Source of the DNA: Octopus sinensis
Taxonomy: Eukaryota
Assembly (NCBI RefSeq): GCF_006345805.1
Contig: NC_043001.1
Coordinates: 97,712,001-97,776,000 of the forward strand
Length of the DNA stretch: 64,000 bases
Reading direction: 5' to 3'
This document shows, piece by piece, positions 12,428 to 25,516 of the stretch (its first letter is position 1; every line of letters starts with the position of its first letter). Below the pieces are notes generated by a model. The model was not told the origin of the DNA, did not search any database, and saw only the letters and a list, made by a program, of their open reading frames with translations. The position numbers were made by a program, and so were the translations under genes.

Positions 12428-14265
12428 ACTTTTTTTTTTCTTCTTTCAAATTTTCTTCCATTTCTTGCCGGGTGTCTTCCCGACTCCTAGGGCAAAAAAC
12501 TCATAGTGTATATTGGTAGGCCATTAAACCAAACTCAGTAGTTCGTTCATTTTTTTTTTTTTTAATTTTTTTTTAAAGTTAAATTAAAATGCATGAGCAT
12601 CAACAGTTCTCACATCGACAATGCTCTTCTCAATACGTGTGATGTACCAGTTAAGACAATCTTTTGCACTTCTTGCACGGATGGTAAGCCAGGGATCATT
12701 CTCATATAATTTTCGGTTCCCTTCTTGATCATTCCTAGTGCTCCTACGATCACTGGTATTGTAACCGCCTTGAGATGCCACATTTTCTCAATTTCAATGA
12801 GTAGGTCTTTATATTTTCTGAGCTTGTCAAACTCTTTCGCTGAGATATTATGATCACAGGGGATGCTCATGTCGATCAATAAGCAAACTTTATTGTTTTG
12901 GTCTTTCACAACAATATCTGGTTTATTGGCCTTGATGGTTCGGTCTGTATGTACTGGAAAGTCCCACAGAATGGTTACATTTTCTCCTTCAGTTACAGCC
13001 TCAGGGTGGTGATTATACCACTTGTCGGCAGTTTTGATATTGTAATGCCGACTTATTAGCCAGTGGAGATATTGGCCAACTCTGTCATGTCTTAATTTAT
13101 ACTCCACTGGTGCTAAGACTTTACATCCAGAGATTAGGTGGTCCACTGTTTCAATCATGTCGTTGCAGAATCGGCATTTTGGGTCTGCTCCATTTTTCAT
13201 CACATTGGCCTGGTAGTTCCGGGTTGATAGGCTTTGGTCTTGAGCAGCCAGGATGAAACCTTCGCTCTCTGCTTTTAGCCCTGAGCTCCGCAGCCACTGA
13301 TGGGTTTGCTTCTGGTCAACATCAGCTTGTTTGCTGCGGGTCACATATTTGCCGTGCAGAGGTTTCTCCTCCCACCTATCAGCCAATTGCTCGTGCGCTT
13401 TTTTCATTGCCATCATTTTCACCTTCTTTGCAGCAATAGTTGCCGTACTTCCCTCGGGTTGTTCAGTTTGGGTATCCTGCACGAGATCAATAGCAAATTT
13501 TTTGCTTTCCTTGATGATAGAATGAAGCTTCTTTCGTCTCTCGTGATTTTCCACGAACTTTAGCATCCAGTCATTCGATATTTCGAGATATTTGGCCAGT
13601 CCAATTGTGGTTGTTTTGTAAGCTAGTTCAAATTGGATCAGGCCTCGACCTCCTTGGGCTCTGGGAAGGTAAAGGCGATCTACGTCTGCCTTTGGGTGGT
13701 GCATCCTATTACAACTCAGCAGCTTGCGTATTTTTCTATCTATATGCTTTACTTCACTCATATTCCAGTTCAACACATTGTAGCTATAAGTAACAACTGG
13801 AACTGCTAGGGAATTTATAGCTAACACCTTGTTACGTGCATTTAGTTCAGATTTCAGGACTGCACGAACTCTCCTATAACATTCCTTCCTGATTTTCTCT
13901 TTCATGCTTGCATGCTGAATACCAGAGCCTTCATTTATCCCTAAATATCTGTATGTTTGTTCTTGCTCAAGCTCTCTTATGACTGTGTCAACATCTAACA
14001 CGACTGAATTTGTGGTCTTCACTTTCCCTTTCTGGAAAGTGGCCTTGGCACACTTCTCAAGTCCAAACTCCATCCCGATGTCATCGCTGAATGATTTCAC
14101 GGTGCGCAATAGGCCTTCAAGTTCATTATTGTCTTTACCGTAAAGTTTTAAGTCATCCATATAAAATAGATGGCTTATTTTTTTTATTGGCAATTTTATA
14201 CCCATACCCTGTTCTGTTTAATTCACTTGTAAGGGGTATTAGGGCTATGCAGAATATTAAAGGTA
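12428..14265 (-). mobile_element. 5'-truncated R4/Dong-clade non-LTR retrotransposon inserted in (TAA)n
   Basis: RT C-terminal half, CCHC knuckle, REL endonuclease and 3' UTR ending in an A-rich run. (TAA)n tracts at both junctions (12382-12423 and 14266-14360). Confidence 0.93.
12610..14205 (-). CDS. Truncated reverse transcriptase / restriction-like endonuclease ORF (531 aa)
   Basis: LFYMDDLKLY (RT catalytic motif), GMEFGLEKC, GGRGL, AAQDQ, CRFC..ETVDHLISGC, RHDRV, KPDIVV..DMSIP..K..KY (PD-(D/E)xK). Homology continues upstream (FCIALIPLTSELNRTGYGY) across a +1 frameshift in an A8 run near 14180. Confidence 0.9.
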   Translation of the reverse strand: MGIKLPIKKISHLFYMDDLKLYGKDNNELEGLLRTVKSFSDDIGMEFGLEKCAKATFQKGKVKTTNSVVLDVDTVIRELEQEQTYRYLGINEGSGIQHASMKEKIRKECYRRVRAVLKSELNARNKVLAINSLAVPVVTYSYNVLNWNMSEVKHIDRKIRKLLSCNRMHHPKADVDRLYLPRAQGGRGLIQFELAYKTTTIGLAKYLEISNDWMLKFVENHERRKKLHSIIKESKKFAIDLVQDTQTEQPEGSTATIAAKKVKMMAMKKAHEQLADRWEEKPLHGKYVTRSKQADVDQKQTHQWLRSSGLKAESEGFILAAQDQSLSTRNYQANVMKNGADPKCRFCNDMIETVDHLISGCKVLAPVEYKLRHDRVGQYLHWLISRHYNIKTADKWYNHHPEAVTEGENVTILWDFPVHTDRTIKANKPDIVVKDQNNKVCLLIDMSIPCDHNISAKEFDKLRKYKDLLIEIEKMWHLKAVTIPVIVGALGMIKKGTENYMRMIPGLPSVQEVQKIVLTGTSHVLRRALSM

Positions 14266-14283
14266 TTATTATTATTATTATTA

Positions 14284-14359
<76 letters not shown>

Positions 14360-14649
14360 GTAGTAGTAGTAGTAGTAGTATTATCATCATCATCATCATC
14401 ATCATCATTATCATACAGAGAACACAAACCATCACACAAATGACCAAAACGTACTAATATATATATATATATATATATACTTATATGTGCGTGTGTGTGT
14501 GTGTGTATGTGAGTGTTATTGAGTGTGTACGGTCGCGTGTATGTGTGTGTATATGTAATATCTATAATTGAGTGCATATCGAATTTCAATATATTAAAAC
14601 GTATTGATCATATTGTACACAATACAAATAGGCATACTTTCCCAGTTAT

Positions 14650-15550
14650 TTCCTTACAGATATAGAATTACGGTATTGACGTCTCTGTTGCATTTCTGGC
14701 CAGGACGGCTGCAAAACTGACCGTCCATATATTACTGGACAACAAGTTTTTACTCAAATCCTACATATTCTTTGTAGCCTGTATTTTGGATATCAGGTCT
14801 AATTTTACATCCTTCGTCAGCAACATCTTTCTCCTCCTCTTCAGCATATGGAGCGTATTTAGAAGATTCTGCCCACTCATTCTGTCAGTCGATAAGTCCA
14901 TCCTCCTCAGTTGATCTGATCCTGCTGAGGTCAATCCTCTGTGTATTACTGTTTGTCGTATCTCATAACTTTTATTTCAATTCTCACTCCTCTGGATATA
15001 AATTTCTGGAGTCATTCCCAGACAAGAATATGTAACCAAAATACTTCCATCTACCATACACCACCAATGAAATCGACTTCTATTTCGTCACCAAATTGGT
15101 CTACACCCCATAAATTTATCAACATCAAAAGGTCCTAGACGTCGATCCCCTTACAGACCTGGCATGAACACATGTCCCCTTTACACAACTTCTTGCCCAT
15201 ATTGTTCCACAATGTTTAAGATAAGCCAAGAACCTACATTATCGTTAATTATCCGGTCGTTATTCTTACGTTTCTCATATTTCTCACCTGCTGCGCTTAC
15301 GAACTAAGACAATCATCAGTCATATCAACTCTACTGGTATCTTTTCATCAGTGTAATGCTGAACGACGATTCTTGCCCCAGTCGAATGATTAAATATCAT
15401 AATAAACACCTGCCAAACCTTCCTTGATTTCCCCTTCCCAGAGCAGCGGCATACAAATCCATGCTTTAAGATAACAAATAAGTGTATGCAAGTTTTTTCT
15501 TCGTCCTCTTGTGACGCACTTACTTTTACCACATACATTTTTCATGTGTC
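14650..15550 (-). mobile_element. Very old LINE remnant, possibly RTE-like
   Basis: Weak minus-strand similarity to RT thumb/C-terminal motifs (..RIVVQHYTDEKIPVE.., RRKMLLTK). Many stops. Confidence 0.35.
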
Positions 15551-17201
15551 TACTTTGTTTGCTGCTCAACCATGACTACATATTTTTGATTGTCATGCTA
15601 CAATAAAATGATTTGCTGTTGGTGTAGTTGCTAAGGAAGTAATACATGCCTTTTTGACAAATTTCTCTTGAATTAACCACTTAAAGGTTCCTGTGACTTT
15701 AATTGCTATGTGTTGCTTGTTCATTATTATTTAATGTCTGTGTTTTAAAATATTAAGAGCAGGTGATTTGGGTTTTATTAACTTGGTGACTACCAGCTAT
15801 TTCTACAAGGGCAGGTGTGAACATAATTAAGATTAACCACTAATACACAAAGCACATAAAAAGTGACATCAAAAAAGGGAAAATAATTTAAAAAAAAGGA
15901 AAACAAATCTCAAGCAAAATATTTTTTGTCAGGGGGTCATCCTTCATATATTCCGAATATTTCTGTTCGTAGAGAAGAACAAAATATTGTTCTTTTACAT
16001 TCGGTATCCTTAGCACTCAGAAAACGAGTTATAATCGAATTTATAATCTATTCAAAGTTTTTCACAAAACCAACAATTTTAAAACAATTACAATCAACTC
16101 AGTACTCGACTAGTTTCGTTTTATCCACCGCGGCAGGATAAATGACATCATCGTAGGGTCCCACACTGCATTGTAAAGACGAAAACCATCAACTAATTTA
16201 GTTTAGATGCTTCCTGTTATCCGTCTTAACATATTACAAGCAAAATTAATATAACCGGACGACTTGAAGAAAGGGAAATGCTTTCTACCATAAGTAGACG
16301 AAATGGTGTTTATTTCGATAACGTAATCCAAATAATGTCACTGGCGCAAGTGACGGAATAGGACATTAACAGGAAATTGATATTGTAATCAACAAATTTA
16401 GTCATTCCGATACCCTGCTCCCCCTTAATAATATTCAATATAGCTGCTATAAACTTCCTCTTGTACTTGAATATATCTTACATTATTTTCCTCTAAGGGA
16501 AGAAGGGTTAAGTATTTTTAATAATTTGTTTTGTCTTCTTGATATATCTCTTGTTTAAAATCAATAAATTAACTGCACCGTATTCTTAATATTCATTCAT
16601 AGCACTACATTATTGATTTCTTATATGAAAGTATTGATTCCTAGCATTATATCTATCGCAGTATTGATTTTTGAAAGTATCAGAACGCTGTAGAACATGT
16701 AAGTGTGGTGTTGTTATGAACGCGACTTTGGTATCTTAGTGTTTTGCGTTTTTAGTGTATGACAAAAGAAAGGGAAAGCTAATCTAGCTAATCATACCTT
16801 TAAAATGTGTCACTAAAAGTGATAGGGCATTTTATTAGTAACCCTGTAGGTTTAGTCTTTCCATTTTTCTTTTAACTATTTTTGTTTTATTTTATTTTAT
16901 GTTTCTAACACGGGTTTCACTTCCTTTATAGTGAAACGGAAAATAGACCACTGAGCACAAAAGAAATTATCTAAATAAAGAATAGGGATTTCTCAGATTC
17001 TCCTCCGATATCTTCTTGCCAGGACCTTTACTAATATCATGATATTTATTTTTCACCCACCTATAAATTTTTCCTTCTCAATTTTTCACATGAATTTCAT
17101 ACTGAGATATTACTATCACACATTTCATTGAACACATACTGATGATAAACACTGCCAAGTTTTTTACTAAAACTTCAGAGTAACAGGACAAATTTCCACA
17201 T

Positions 17202-17348
17202 GCGTAGGGGTGGGTGTGTGGTAAGTATCTTGTTTACGAACCGCATGGTTTCAGATTCAGCCCCATTGCGTGGCACCTTGGGCAAGTGTCTTTTAATATA
17301 GCCTTGGGCCGACCAAAGCCTTGTGAGTGGATTTGGTAGACGGAAACT
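17202..17348 (+). mobile_element. SINE family B, 5' half
   Basis: gcgtaggggtgggtgtgtggtaag..gcgtggcaccttgggcaagtgtc..gagtggatttggtagacggaaact. Confidence 0.85.
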
Positions 17349-18428
17349 ATGGATAGGGTATATATTTTGTATTTTTGATTTTTGAAATTTTGATTTTGAC
17401 TCTTGAACGATGAGCGCTACAATGGATTTTGTTTTCCAAGCTATGCGGATCTTAATCCGTATAGCAAAGTCTTATGTTTCTACATATAAATCAATAAAAA
17501 CCTTCGACCCTGTTTTCAGGTTACTGTATTGTATAGGATTACCTTGATTATTTATAAATGATCCAAAATAGGGTGTTATTTTATTTTATATGTCTTTCGT
17601 ATATATTTTTATTAATGCACCCATTCTTTTAAAAAAAAGCAATGTTTTTTTCAAAAAAAGCAATGTTGTCAAAATTAAAATGTTGATGTAAGTATGTGTA
17701 TAGCCGAGGATATGTATTTGTAAGCATGCGTATCTGTGTATGTGTAAGTGAAAGTATGTTTGTGCTTAAGCACACATATATACACAACTGTATTTATGTA
17801 TCCATACGAACTTGTTTGTATACTTGCCTCCATATATGCCAATAACGCCGTTACACAGATTGTATACATAATTTTTTTCTTATTTCGTTTTTTCGCCCAC
17901 CCCTCCTTCGTTCCTTTTTCTCTCTCTTCCTTTCTTTCGTTCCCCCCCTTACTCAGTATATGAGAATCGCTACATACATGATTTTTAACTTGCGTGCGAG
18001 ATGGTTTTGCGTGAATATATGTACACATGCTTTTATGTGTATATTTAGATTTATATTCATACGTCTGTATATGTATGGCGTTGGCGCGCATCCTTTTTTT
18101 TTGTGTATGTTGATATATATATGCACATTTTAATAAAAATATGTATTGCAGTGTAATATTTATAACAGGTTTAATTCCTATGAATTAATTTATACTTTCT
18201 TCATTAATGTCAATATGTATTTTATTCAATGTAAGGTTTTTTTCCTCGGATTTTATAAGTTTTATAAGCTTTTATATATATATATACATATATTTTTGAC
18301 CTTTTTGTTTATCGCTCGAAGATTGACCGTTTTTTTCTAAAGGGCCAATCAAACAAGTCCATTTCTCTTTAAAGGTGTAGCGTTTGTAAGAGTCTAGATT
18401 GAATTGATATATCAGTTCCATTCTAGCA

Positions 18429-18474
18429 AAAACTGTCTGATGAACGGCAACGAGAAACTCAGAGTAACAGATTT
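18429..18474 (+). ncRNA. Type-I hammerhead-like motif with weak stem II
   Basis: aaaaCUGU CUGAUGA acggcaacga GAAA CUC a GAG UA ACAGauuu. Stem I and the palindromic stem III are intact. Confidence 0.55.
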
Positions 18475-18502
18475 TGTTGAATTTTCTGCTGCTTAAAATA
18501 AA

Positions 18503-18569
<67 letters not shown>

Positions 18570-18572
<3 letters not shown>

Positions 18573-18760
18573 GTATATGTTTGTGTGTCTGTTTTTGCCC
18601 CCCCCCAACATTGCTTGACACCGATGCTGGTGTGTTTACGTACCCGTTACCTAGCGGTTCGGCAAAAGAGTACTAGGCTTACAAAGAATAAGTCTTGGGA
18701 TCAATTTGGTCGACTAAAGGCGGTACTTCAGCATGGTCACAGTCAAATGACTGAGACAAA
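18570..18760 (+). mobile_element. SINE family B, 3' half
   Basis: ccaacattgcttgacaccgatgctggtgtgtttacg..ggcttacaaagaataagtc..cgactaaaggcgg..agtcaaatgactga. Confidence 0.85.
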
Positions 18761-21305
18761 TATGAGTCAAAAACGAGAGTATGAACTATGCCTAATCAAC
18801 AATAATCTAATTAAGAATTTTGCATTGAACCACAATACAACCAGAGCACTATCGTTTTGACAATAATCTTCTGCCATAATCCAGATATGTTACGTAAGCA
18901 GAAGACTTCAATTTTAAGACACAGAAGACATAATTGATTGTATTCACTCCTTTTATTTCCCCTTACTTCATTTTATCAACCTTCAGAGAATGACTGGCTA
19001 ATGCTGCTCCTGTCGTATTTATACACAGGAAAAATAATTTACAAACAAAGCCGTTCTGTCCTTCGATCTCCCAACACTCCACATCCGCCGCCTTCTTATA
19101 TCTGAAGAATGTCGTTAGCAGCAATACTAAGTAAAGTTTCGAAGCATTAGTTATTTTATATTTTGCAAGTGTGACAAAATACAATAAAGAAGTCGCTCTC
19201 TTTCTGGATTAATTTGATTTATCAGTTTCTTCAAAGGAACAGAATTTCTGAGATTTATTACTCTATGAGAACCACACATATTTCAATGACATTTGAAAGT
19301 TTTTCGCCATGATTTGTTGCTGTTGCTTTTGTTGTGTTGTGTTGTTGTGTTTTCTTCATGGCTAATACCCCTCAGCTTTGTGTTGCAATACGATCAACAA
19401 CGTTTGTGTCCCATCCTTTATTTTATTCAGACAATATATTGTGTTATCACATGTGTCAGTCTTCCTGTAATAGTCTTTACGGTGTAGTTTTAAGTAGGTT
19501 TGGCTGCTATTCATAGCATGTCCTCTGAAAACAAAGATGCGCCTTCATCGAAACGTTTAACTGGATTTAAACGGGAGTAGTAGAGTGAGAATTTACTAAG
19601 AACTGACAGAATACCGAACGTTAGGCGGAAAGTGAATAGAGTGAGAGAGCGGGAAAGACAGCGAAAGAATGGATAATAATAGACTTATTAGAACTCCAAT
19701 TAAATAATAAAGATATATACTTCTATTCAATGTGTAGATTTCAGCAGCATATGAAAATGTCTGATCAACCGTTATTTACTAGAAATATCTTTAAAATTCT
19801 CTACTTCTTATCTTTGATAACTTAAATATTAGCTCTTCGTTTGTACACAAACCAAATTAAACGAAGTTGATTTTCTTCGGCTATTTAACTTCGATATTTA
19901 TCCCATTTAACAGTCTGAGGGAATTGTTCCACATAGACGTCGCCAATCATTCTGTTTGTTGTCGAATACTTGCGTCAATCTTAATGTATTGAACTTTCAT
20001 AGTAAATAAAAGTATTCAGGTTACCAAACATGTACTTAGTAAAGTCAACAATTCTCCATAGATTCCCAAAGCTGATGGCTGCGATATTAACTTGTTTGTA
20101 GAACTAAGAGTCAATAAAATACGTTATTCCGTTATTGTACAAATATTAAGACATAACTCGTAGTACAGCAGTAATGAATATTATATATGTGTGTTTTTTA
20201 TGTATTAGTGTTTTCTTTATTTCATAAGAGATTTGTTGATAGGTGAGAGAATATTGTCTTGGTAGCTGTCACGTGCAACATATTACGATAATGCTTTCAT
20301 TGATAAATAGATAACAGTCGAGGCTTATTGTTTAACGCTGGATATTTAAAGCTTGTTGATCTCATAACTGGTACGTAGAAAAAAGAAAGGGAAAGAGATA
20401 TATTTAGTGAGTTGTTTATTCAATAGATATATGCTTTCTCTTAAACGGCTTTATGGGTATTGTTTCCATACTATGAAGTTCAATATTTGCGAAAACGTTA
20501 TTAAACAAGTTCGTCATGCTGGGAAATAAGAAAATCACATGAGTGGATTGATTTTTCATATTGTATCCATGTATTTCTTATAAACGTCTATGCACTTACG
20601 AAGTAAAGCTATTGACTTCTGTCTAGGTTTTAGTAACATATAAAAACCTTTCGCTGTAATTCAAGTGCAGATATTATTTCTCCCAAACATATAAATTTCA
20701 GATTGTCAAACGAGTCGAGGCTCTAAATCAAACTTCGTTTGTGATGACGTTTTCTGTATTACAAGAATTATTGGATTAAGGTTAGATTTCAGATACTCAA
20801 GTATTTATGGTTGATAAGATGTCACAGTTCAGCGTCTCATTTTCGGTGCAAGAAACACTACCATAGTTCTAACATACGCTGTCGTAGCAAAGTTCTGCTC
20901 GTTCAGCTTATAGCAGAGGGTTACCATCCCCCATCTCTGCTCTTACCCTGCCCGGAATTTCAGTGTTTATGTCTCGGCGTAGCGTATATTTACCTTCTGT
21001 TCCAAGTATAACTATCCATTCTGCTCTTCGATTTTATCACTTCCTAGCACTATTTGGCATTCTACTACGCTTCATTTATATTTATTCATACAAATACGTA
21101 TCTTGTAACTTTTAAAGTCTATTTTAAAAATTTAAATACAAACAGTTCTTAGATTAAATTTTGAAAGGAAATAAGGTTTATCTTGATCATTCGTATGTTA
21201 TTAGCTTTCTCAGGAAATAAACGAAATTAAGGCAAAAGAGAGGAAGAAAGAAATTCATATACATGGTGGTGGTGTGTGGCGGGGACAAAGGATAAAATAT
21301 TTATA

Positions 21306-21467
21306 GGCGTAGGAATGTCTGTGTGGTAAGTAGTTTTGTAACTAACCAAATGGTTCCGGCTTCAGTCCTACTGCGTGTCACCTTGGGCGAGTGTCTTCTA
21401 CTATAGCCTCCGGCCGACCAAAGCTTTGTGAGTCGATTTGGTAGATGGAAACTGAAAGAAACCCGTC

Positions 21468-21501
<34 letters not shown>

Positions 21502-21875
21502 TTGCGTCAGAAATTAATTAGCACCCTTGATTTGCTCTTCACTCAAGGTATGTGCTGTCACCTAGTGGCCATATCTCGAACTATTGCTTTATTGCGAGTT
21601 CACTGTTGCGCAGAACGATGACGTAACTTTGTTTGCGGAGCAGTTTGAGAGTCTACAGCCTTATGATGTTGACATAGCAGTGCAACAAATTGGAGTGCGG
21701 ATGCAGACAAATCTTCCTTTGTTTAATAGATATAGGTAGCGCCTCGCAAGGACCGAAATCACACCATACTAAGTTTTCTCATCGCGTACGACGTTTTGAA
21801 CAGCTCATAGGTTAATTGATTTAACCTATTTAATGTAGAAATTTGAGAAGTGCTAATTAATTTCTGACGCAAGTG

Positions 21876-21914
<39 letters not shown>

Positions 21915-22135
21915 GTATATGTATATGTGTTTGTGCGTCCGTTTTTTGTCCCTCATCAGCACTTGACGAGAGATGCGGGTGTGTGTACGATCTCATAACT
22001 TAGCAGTTTGGCCTAAGAGTCCGATAGAATAACAGCTACCCTCACACGGAATAAGTCTTGGGATCAATTTGCTCGATTAAATGCGTTGCTCCAGCATCGT
22101 CGCTTTCAAATGACTGAAGCAAGTAAAGGAATAAA
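21306..22135 (+). mobile_element. SINE family B split by a MITE in its internal (TA)n
   Basis: 5' half 21306-21470, (TA)n, MITE, (TA)n, 3' half 21920-22135. Confidence 0.85.
21499..21875. mobile_element. 377-bp MITE, Tc1/mariner type (26-bp perfect TIRs, TA target)
   Basis: TA|cacttgcgtcagaaattaattagcac ... gtgctaattaatttctgacgcaagtg|TA. Confidence 0.9.
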
Positions 22136-22825
22136 CGAATAAAGGTAAAAAGAACAGGACGAATATCAAATAATATATGCCAAAGCATCTTGCCATTCTG
22201 TGACAGGGAATGAAGGAAGAAAGTTATGGGAAGGTAGAAAATATTGGGAACGTGCATCCATCATACGCATATGTGTAGGAAAGATTTTGGTACGTGCGTA
22301 TTTTTGTAGAGGTGTATGAACATCCACCGTACAGGTGTGTGCAAGCATGTTAATCTTGTAGTATTAGTTTTATTCGGGGTTATTGTGGACGCGTGAGTGG
22401 AAGTGCTAGATAGATTAGTGCAAAAGTGAGCGAGTGCATGTTTTTGTCTTTATAAATTAGGAAGATGTAACGCAGGATGGAGTGGATCAGATAAACAGGA
22501 GCGCAGTGTGAAAAGACAGTGATGGTTACAGATATGACTATGCGTAATATTATGCGTATTATAAAATCCACGATAATTGTCTCATATGTGATAGCCACCT
22601 CACATTCAGACACATATATATGTGTTTTGAATATAAATGACAAAAGCATGTACAACAATATTGTCACCCTCTTGGTCCTCATAGTCGGTTCCAATGACAA
22701 TTATTTCAAGCTGACTCGTACTGTTTAGACTGCAGGTTTTATGTCACAGAATCTTTCTCCTACAAGGGCTGCCTTTCCCGACGCTTTATCAAAAATAACA
22801 AGAGCATTTTCACCCTCTAGGACAC

Positions 22826-23090
22826 AGGTTCTCAAAATGGGCGCTACCGCCCCTCGGTGGGCGTTGAGACAATCCAGGTGGAAGAGAAAAAAGAGGCATT
22901 GGGAGGCAGGCGGTGAATTGGGACACGCTATGAATTTATTATAATATTATTACAGTATTGTATACAAATTATATAATATTTTATTAAATATCAAATGATT
23001 CATAATATATATAAATTAGAAAAAAATATGAAATATTTATTTATACATAGAAATAGGAGTGAGGCGCTGAGGATATTATGTGGCCATTTT
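22826..23090 (+). mobile_element. Decayed hAT-like non-autonomous element
   Basis: Begins caggttctcaaaatgggcgctaccgcccc, like CAG(T)GGTTCTCAAA hAT termini, with GC-rich subterminal motifs. Right TIR not found. Confidence 0.5.
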
Positions 23091-24029
23091 TCACTACAGG
23101 AACCCCCACCAGCATCAATAACGAAGGAAAAAGAAAAGGAAACCATTACAGACAACCACCCAATTACACTGCTGGAGCGAACAGTCAAAGAGCCGGAAAA
23201 AACAAATGGCATATGGTAACGTATACAAAAAGCATAGATATAGAAGGAAAAATCACCAAATTTAAATCGGTGATAACAGTTAAATTACCAACAGAACATT
23301 ACCCAGAAAGTACAAAAGCCATAGTAATGGACGAAGAAAGAATTGAGAAATTGAAGAATTGGTTTGGAAACAAAATGGACCCAATAGGAGAAAGGGTAGA
23401 GTTTGACGACCTACTGTCAGTTATAGATTACGACGACTTGTTGACATATATAAAACGGTAGAACGTGAGTAAGCTTTTCAAATTTTAAAGACTACACATA
23501 CGATACTAAAAGGAAAACAAAGAGGGAAAAATGACATAAAAACAGTTAAATGGTACTGCGTGCGAGATTTTTCAAGCAACCATTACATCCTCATTTAATT
23601 ATTATCCATCTCTCATTTATTCGTTTAATGTATTTTGTCCCCACTGTGGTGTTCTGTCTGTCCTTGTGTCGTTACCCTTTGTGTCATGGCCTGTGTGCCA
23701 AATATAGAAAACAGTTAGCGAGGTACGGTGTACGGGCCAGGCACGCAGACGACGAAACTCGTTGTCATAATGCGAGACATATCAAATATCCAGTTTTCTT
23801 TTCCCATCATCATTGACACAGTTCCGAACCTTGTGGCTGAAAACCAAGATAGAAATGTTTACAACGAAGTGTGGCGTGTAGCTCTATTGGCAGTGTAAGG
23901 TAATGATAAAGTTCAAGTATTGGGGGAAATTAATCGTCGCATAGGAAGGACAACAGATTAAGCTCCATCCGAGTCATTTGGACGATTAATGCCGGCTTTC
24001 CGGTTATTTTCGCGGCGGTCCGTCAAAAG

Positions 24030-24172
24030 GTTAGTCATTTTTGCCAGCTGAGCGGAGTGCAGCCACTTAAAATGAAGCACTTTGTCCAAAGGCGCAATGT
24101 ATTCTCCTGTCTAACAATGGAAACTATAATAGTTGTATCATGAGTCCAACACCTTAATCACCAAGACACGAT
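24030..24172 (-). mobile_element. SINE family C (CORE-like), degenerate
   Basis: tcatttttgccagctgag..caaaggcgca..accttaatcaccaagacacg is the reverse complement of the 44358 copy. Confidence 0.7.
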
Positions 24173-24954
24173 CTTCTGCATTAGAAGGGGACATGAAAAA
24201 TGGCCAGTTATTATTGATTTGATGACAGAGAACGATGCAATTCAAATGAAGTATGACATTTAAATATTCATTATAAATATTCATTATAACCGACATTATT
24301 CTTCCACCAAAATAGCATATATATATAACTACATGGCTGCATCTGCGGTAAACTAATTGGCACCTAATTTATTGTATCATCAACGGAGACAAGAAATATG
24401 AGATGTGCACATTCCAGATCAATGTGATCTGCTGATATCTGCTGTGCTCACAACAGAATAGTTCTAACGAAATTAACACTTAAAACGTTTAACACTTAAA
24501 AGCGTCCAACTTCCAATACGATTTTGAGCAGCGTAAATTCGATGATAAACATCTTCAAGATTTCATTCTTATCAACAAGTGTTGCACCAATTTGAGTAAA
24601 ATTTGTTGTAATCAACCAATCTGTGAGATCTTGATTCTATACCAATGGAGAATTCCTAAATCAGTAGTACTTCATGCTACAATCAAAAAGAAATCTTGTT
24701 TTACTTCGTAGGCTGCAATTTGATTGGTTTAATCAAAACGAATACGCAATGAATATTTTAATCGAAGTAATTGTGAAGACTTCAATTGCTCAAAGTGAAC
24801 ACTCCAATTTAACATTCAAATTGTCGACTAGACTTTTGAACAAGTAACCTATTTTATTATCTAAGAAACATCTTCAATAAGGTTTCCACCGTATCAGATA
24901 AAATTTCAAAACGATTTTTTCTCGCAAATGCTACGTTGAGTGAACTGTACAGAA

Positions 24955-25016
24955 AATCAACACACACTAGCACCGGTTGTGAAGCGGTAGTGAGGGCCAA
25001 ACACACACGCAACGAA

Positions 25017-25058
<42 letters not shown>

Positions 25059-25225
25059 ACACACATACATAGACATGAACTCAGTCATGTAGACACGCAC
25101 ACGTACTTATGTATGTATGTTCACGGACTTTTTTAAAGTTTCCGTCTATCAACTCCACTCACAAGACTCGTGTCGACCTGAGGCTGTAGTGCCCAAAGGA
25201 CTGAAAGCAGAACTATATGGTTAGG
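24955..25225 (-). mobile_element. SINE family B, degenerate
   Basis: agcaccggttgtgaagcgg..(CA)n..tttccgtctatcaactccactcacaag. Confidence 0.7.
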
Positions 25226-25516
25226 AAAAAGTTACATCTGGGAAAATCAAGTTTTATATAAGGAAATAACAAATATTATCGACGTGATAATTCAAATCAG
25301 TCTTGAAACTAAACTTTCATATTACCAGCTGCATTAGGTCTTTCTCGTTTAGAGATGTTCTATCATTGATTATCGAAAGGCGATATTCACAAGAATGAAA
25401 GCAGCAAATACTTGCTTTCAGGCGACGAAAAATGTTTCACATCTCACAGACAATTTACTCTGTCCAATATCGTCATTATTTATAAGCCCTGAAGAATTGA
25501 CAAAGCTGATCGGGTG

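Noticed and set aside
13300-14360. Plus-strand ORFs overlapping the R4 element
   Set aside because: Antisense shadows of the RT/REL ORF.
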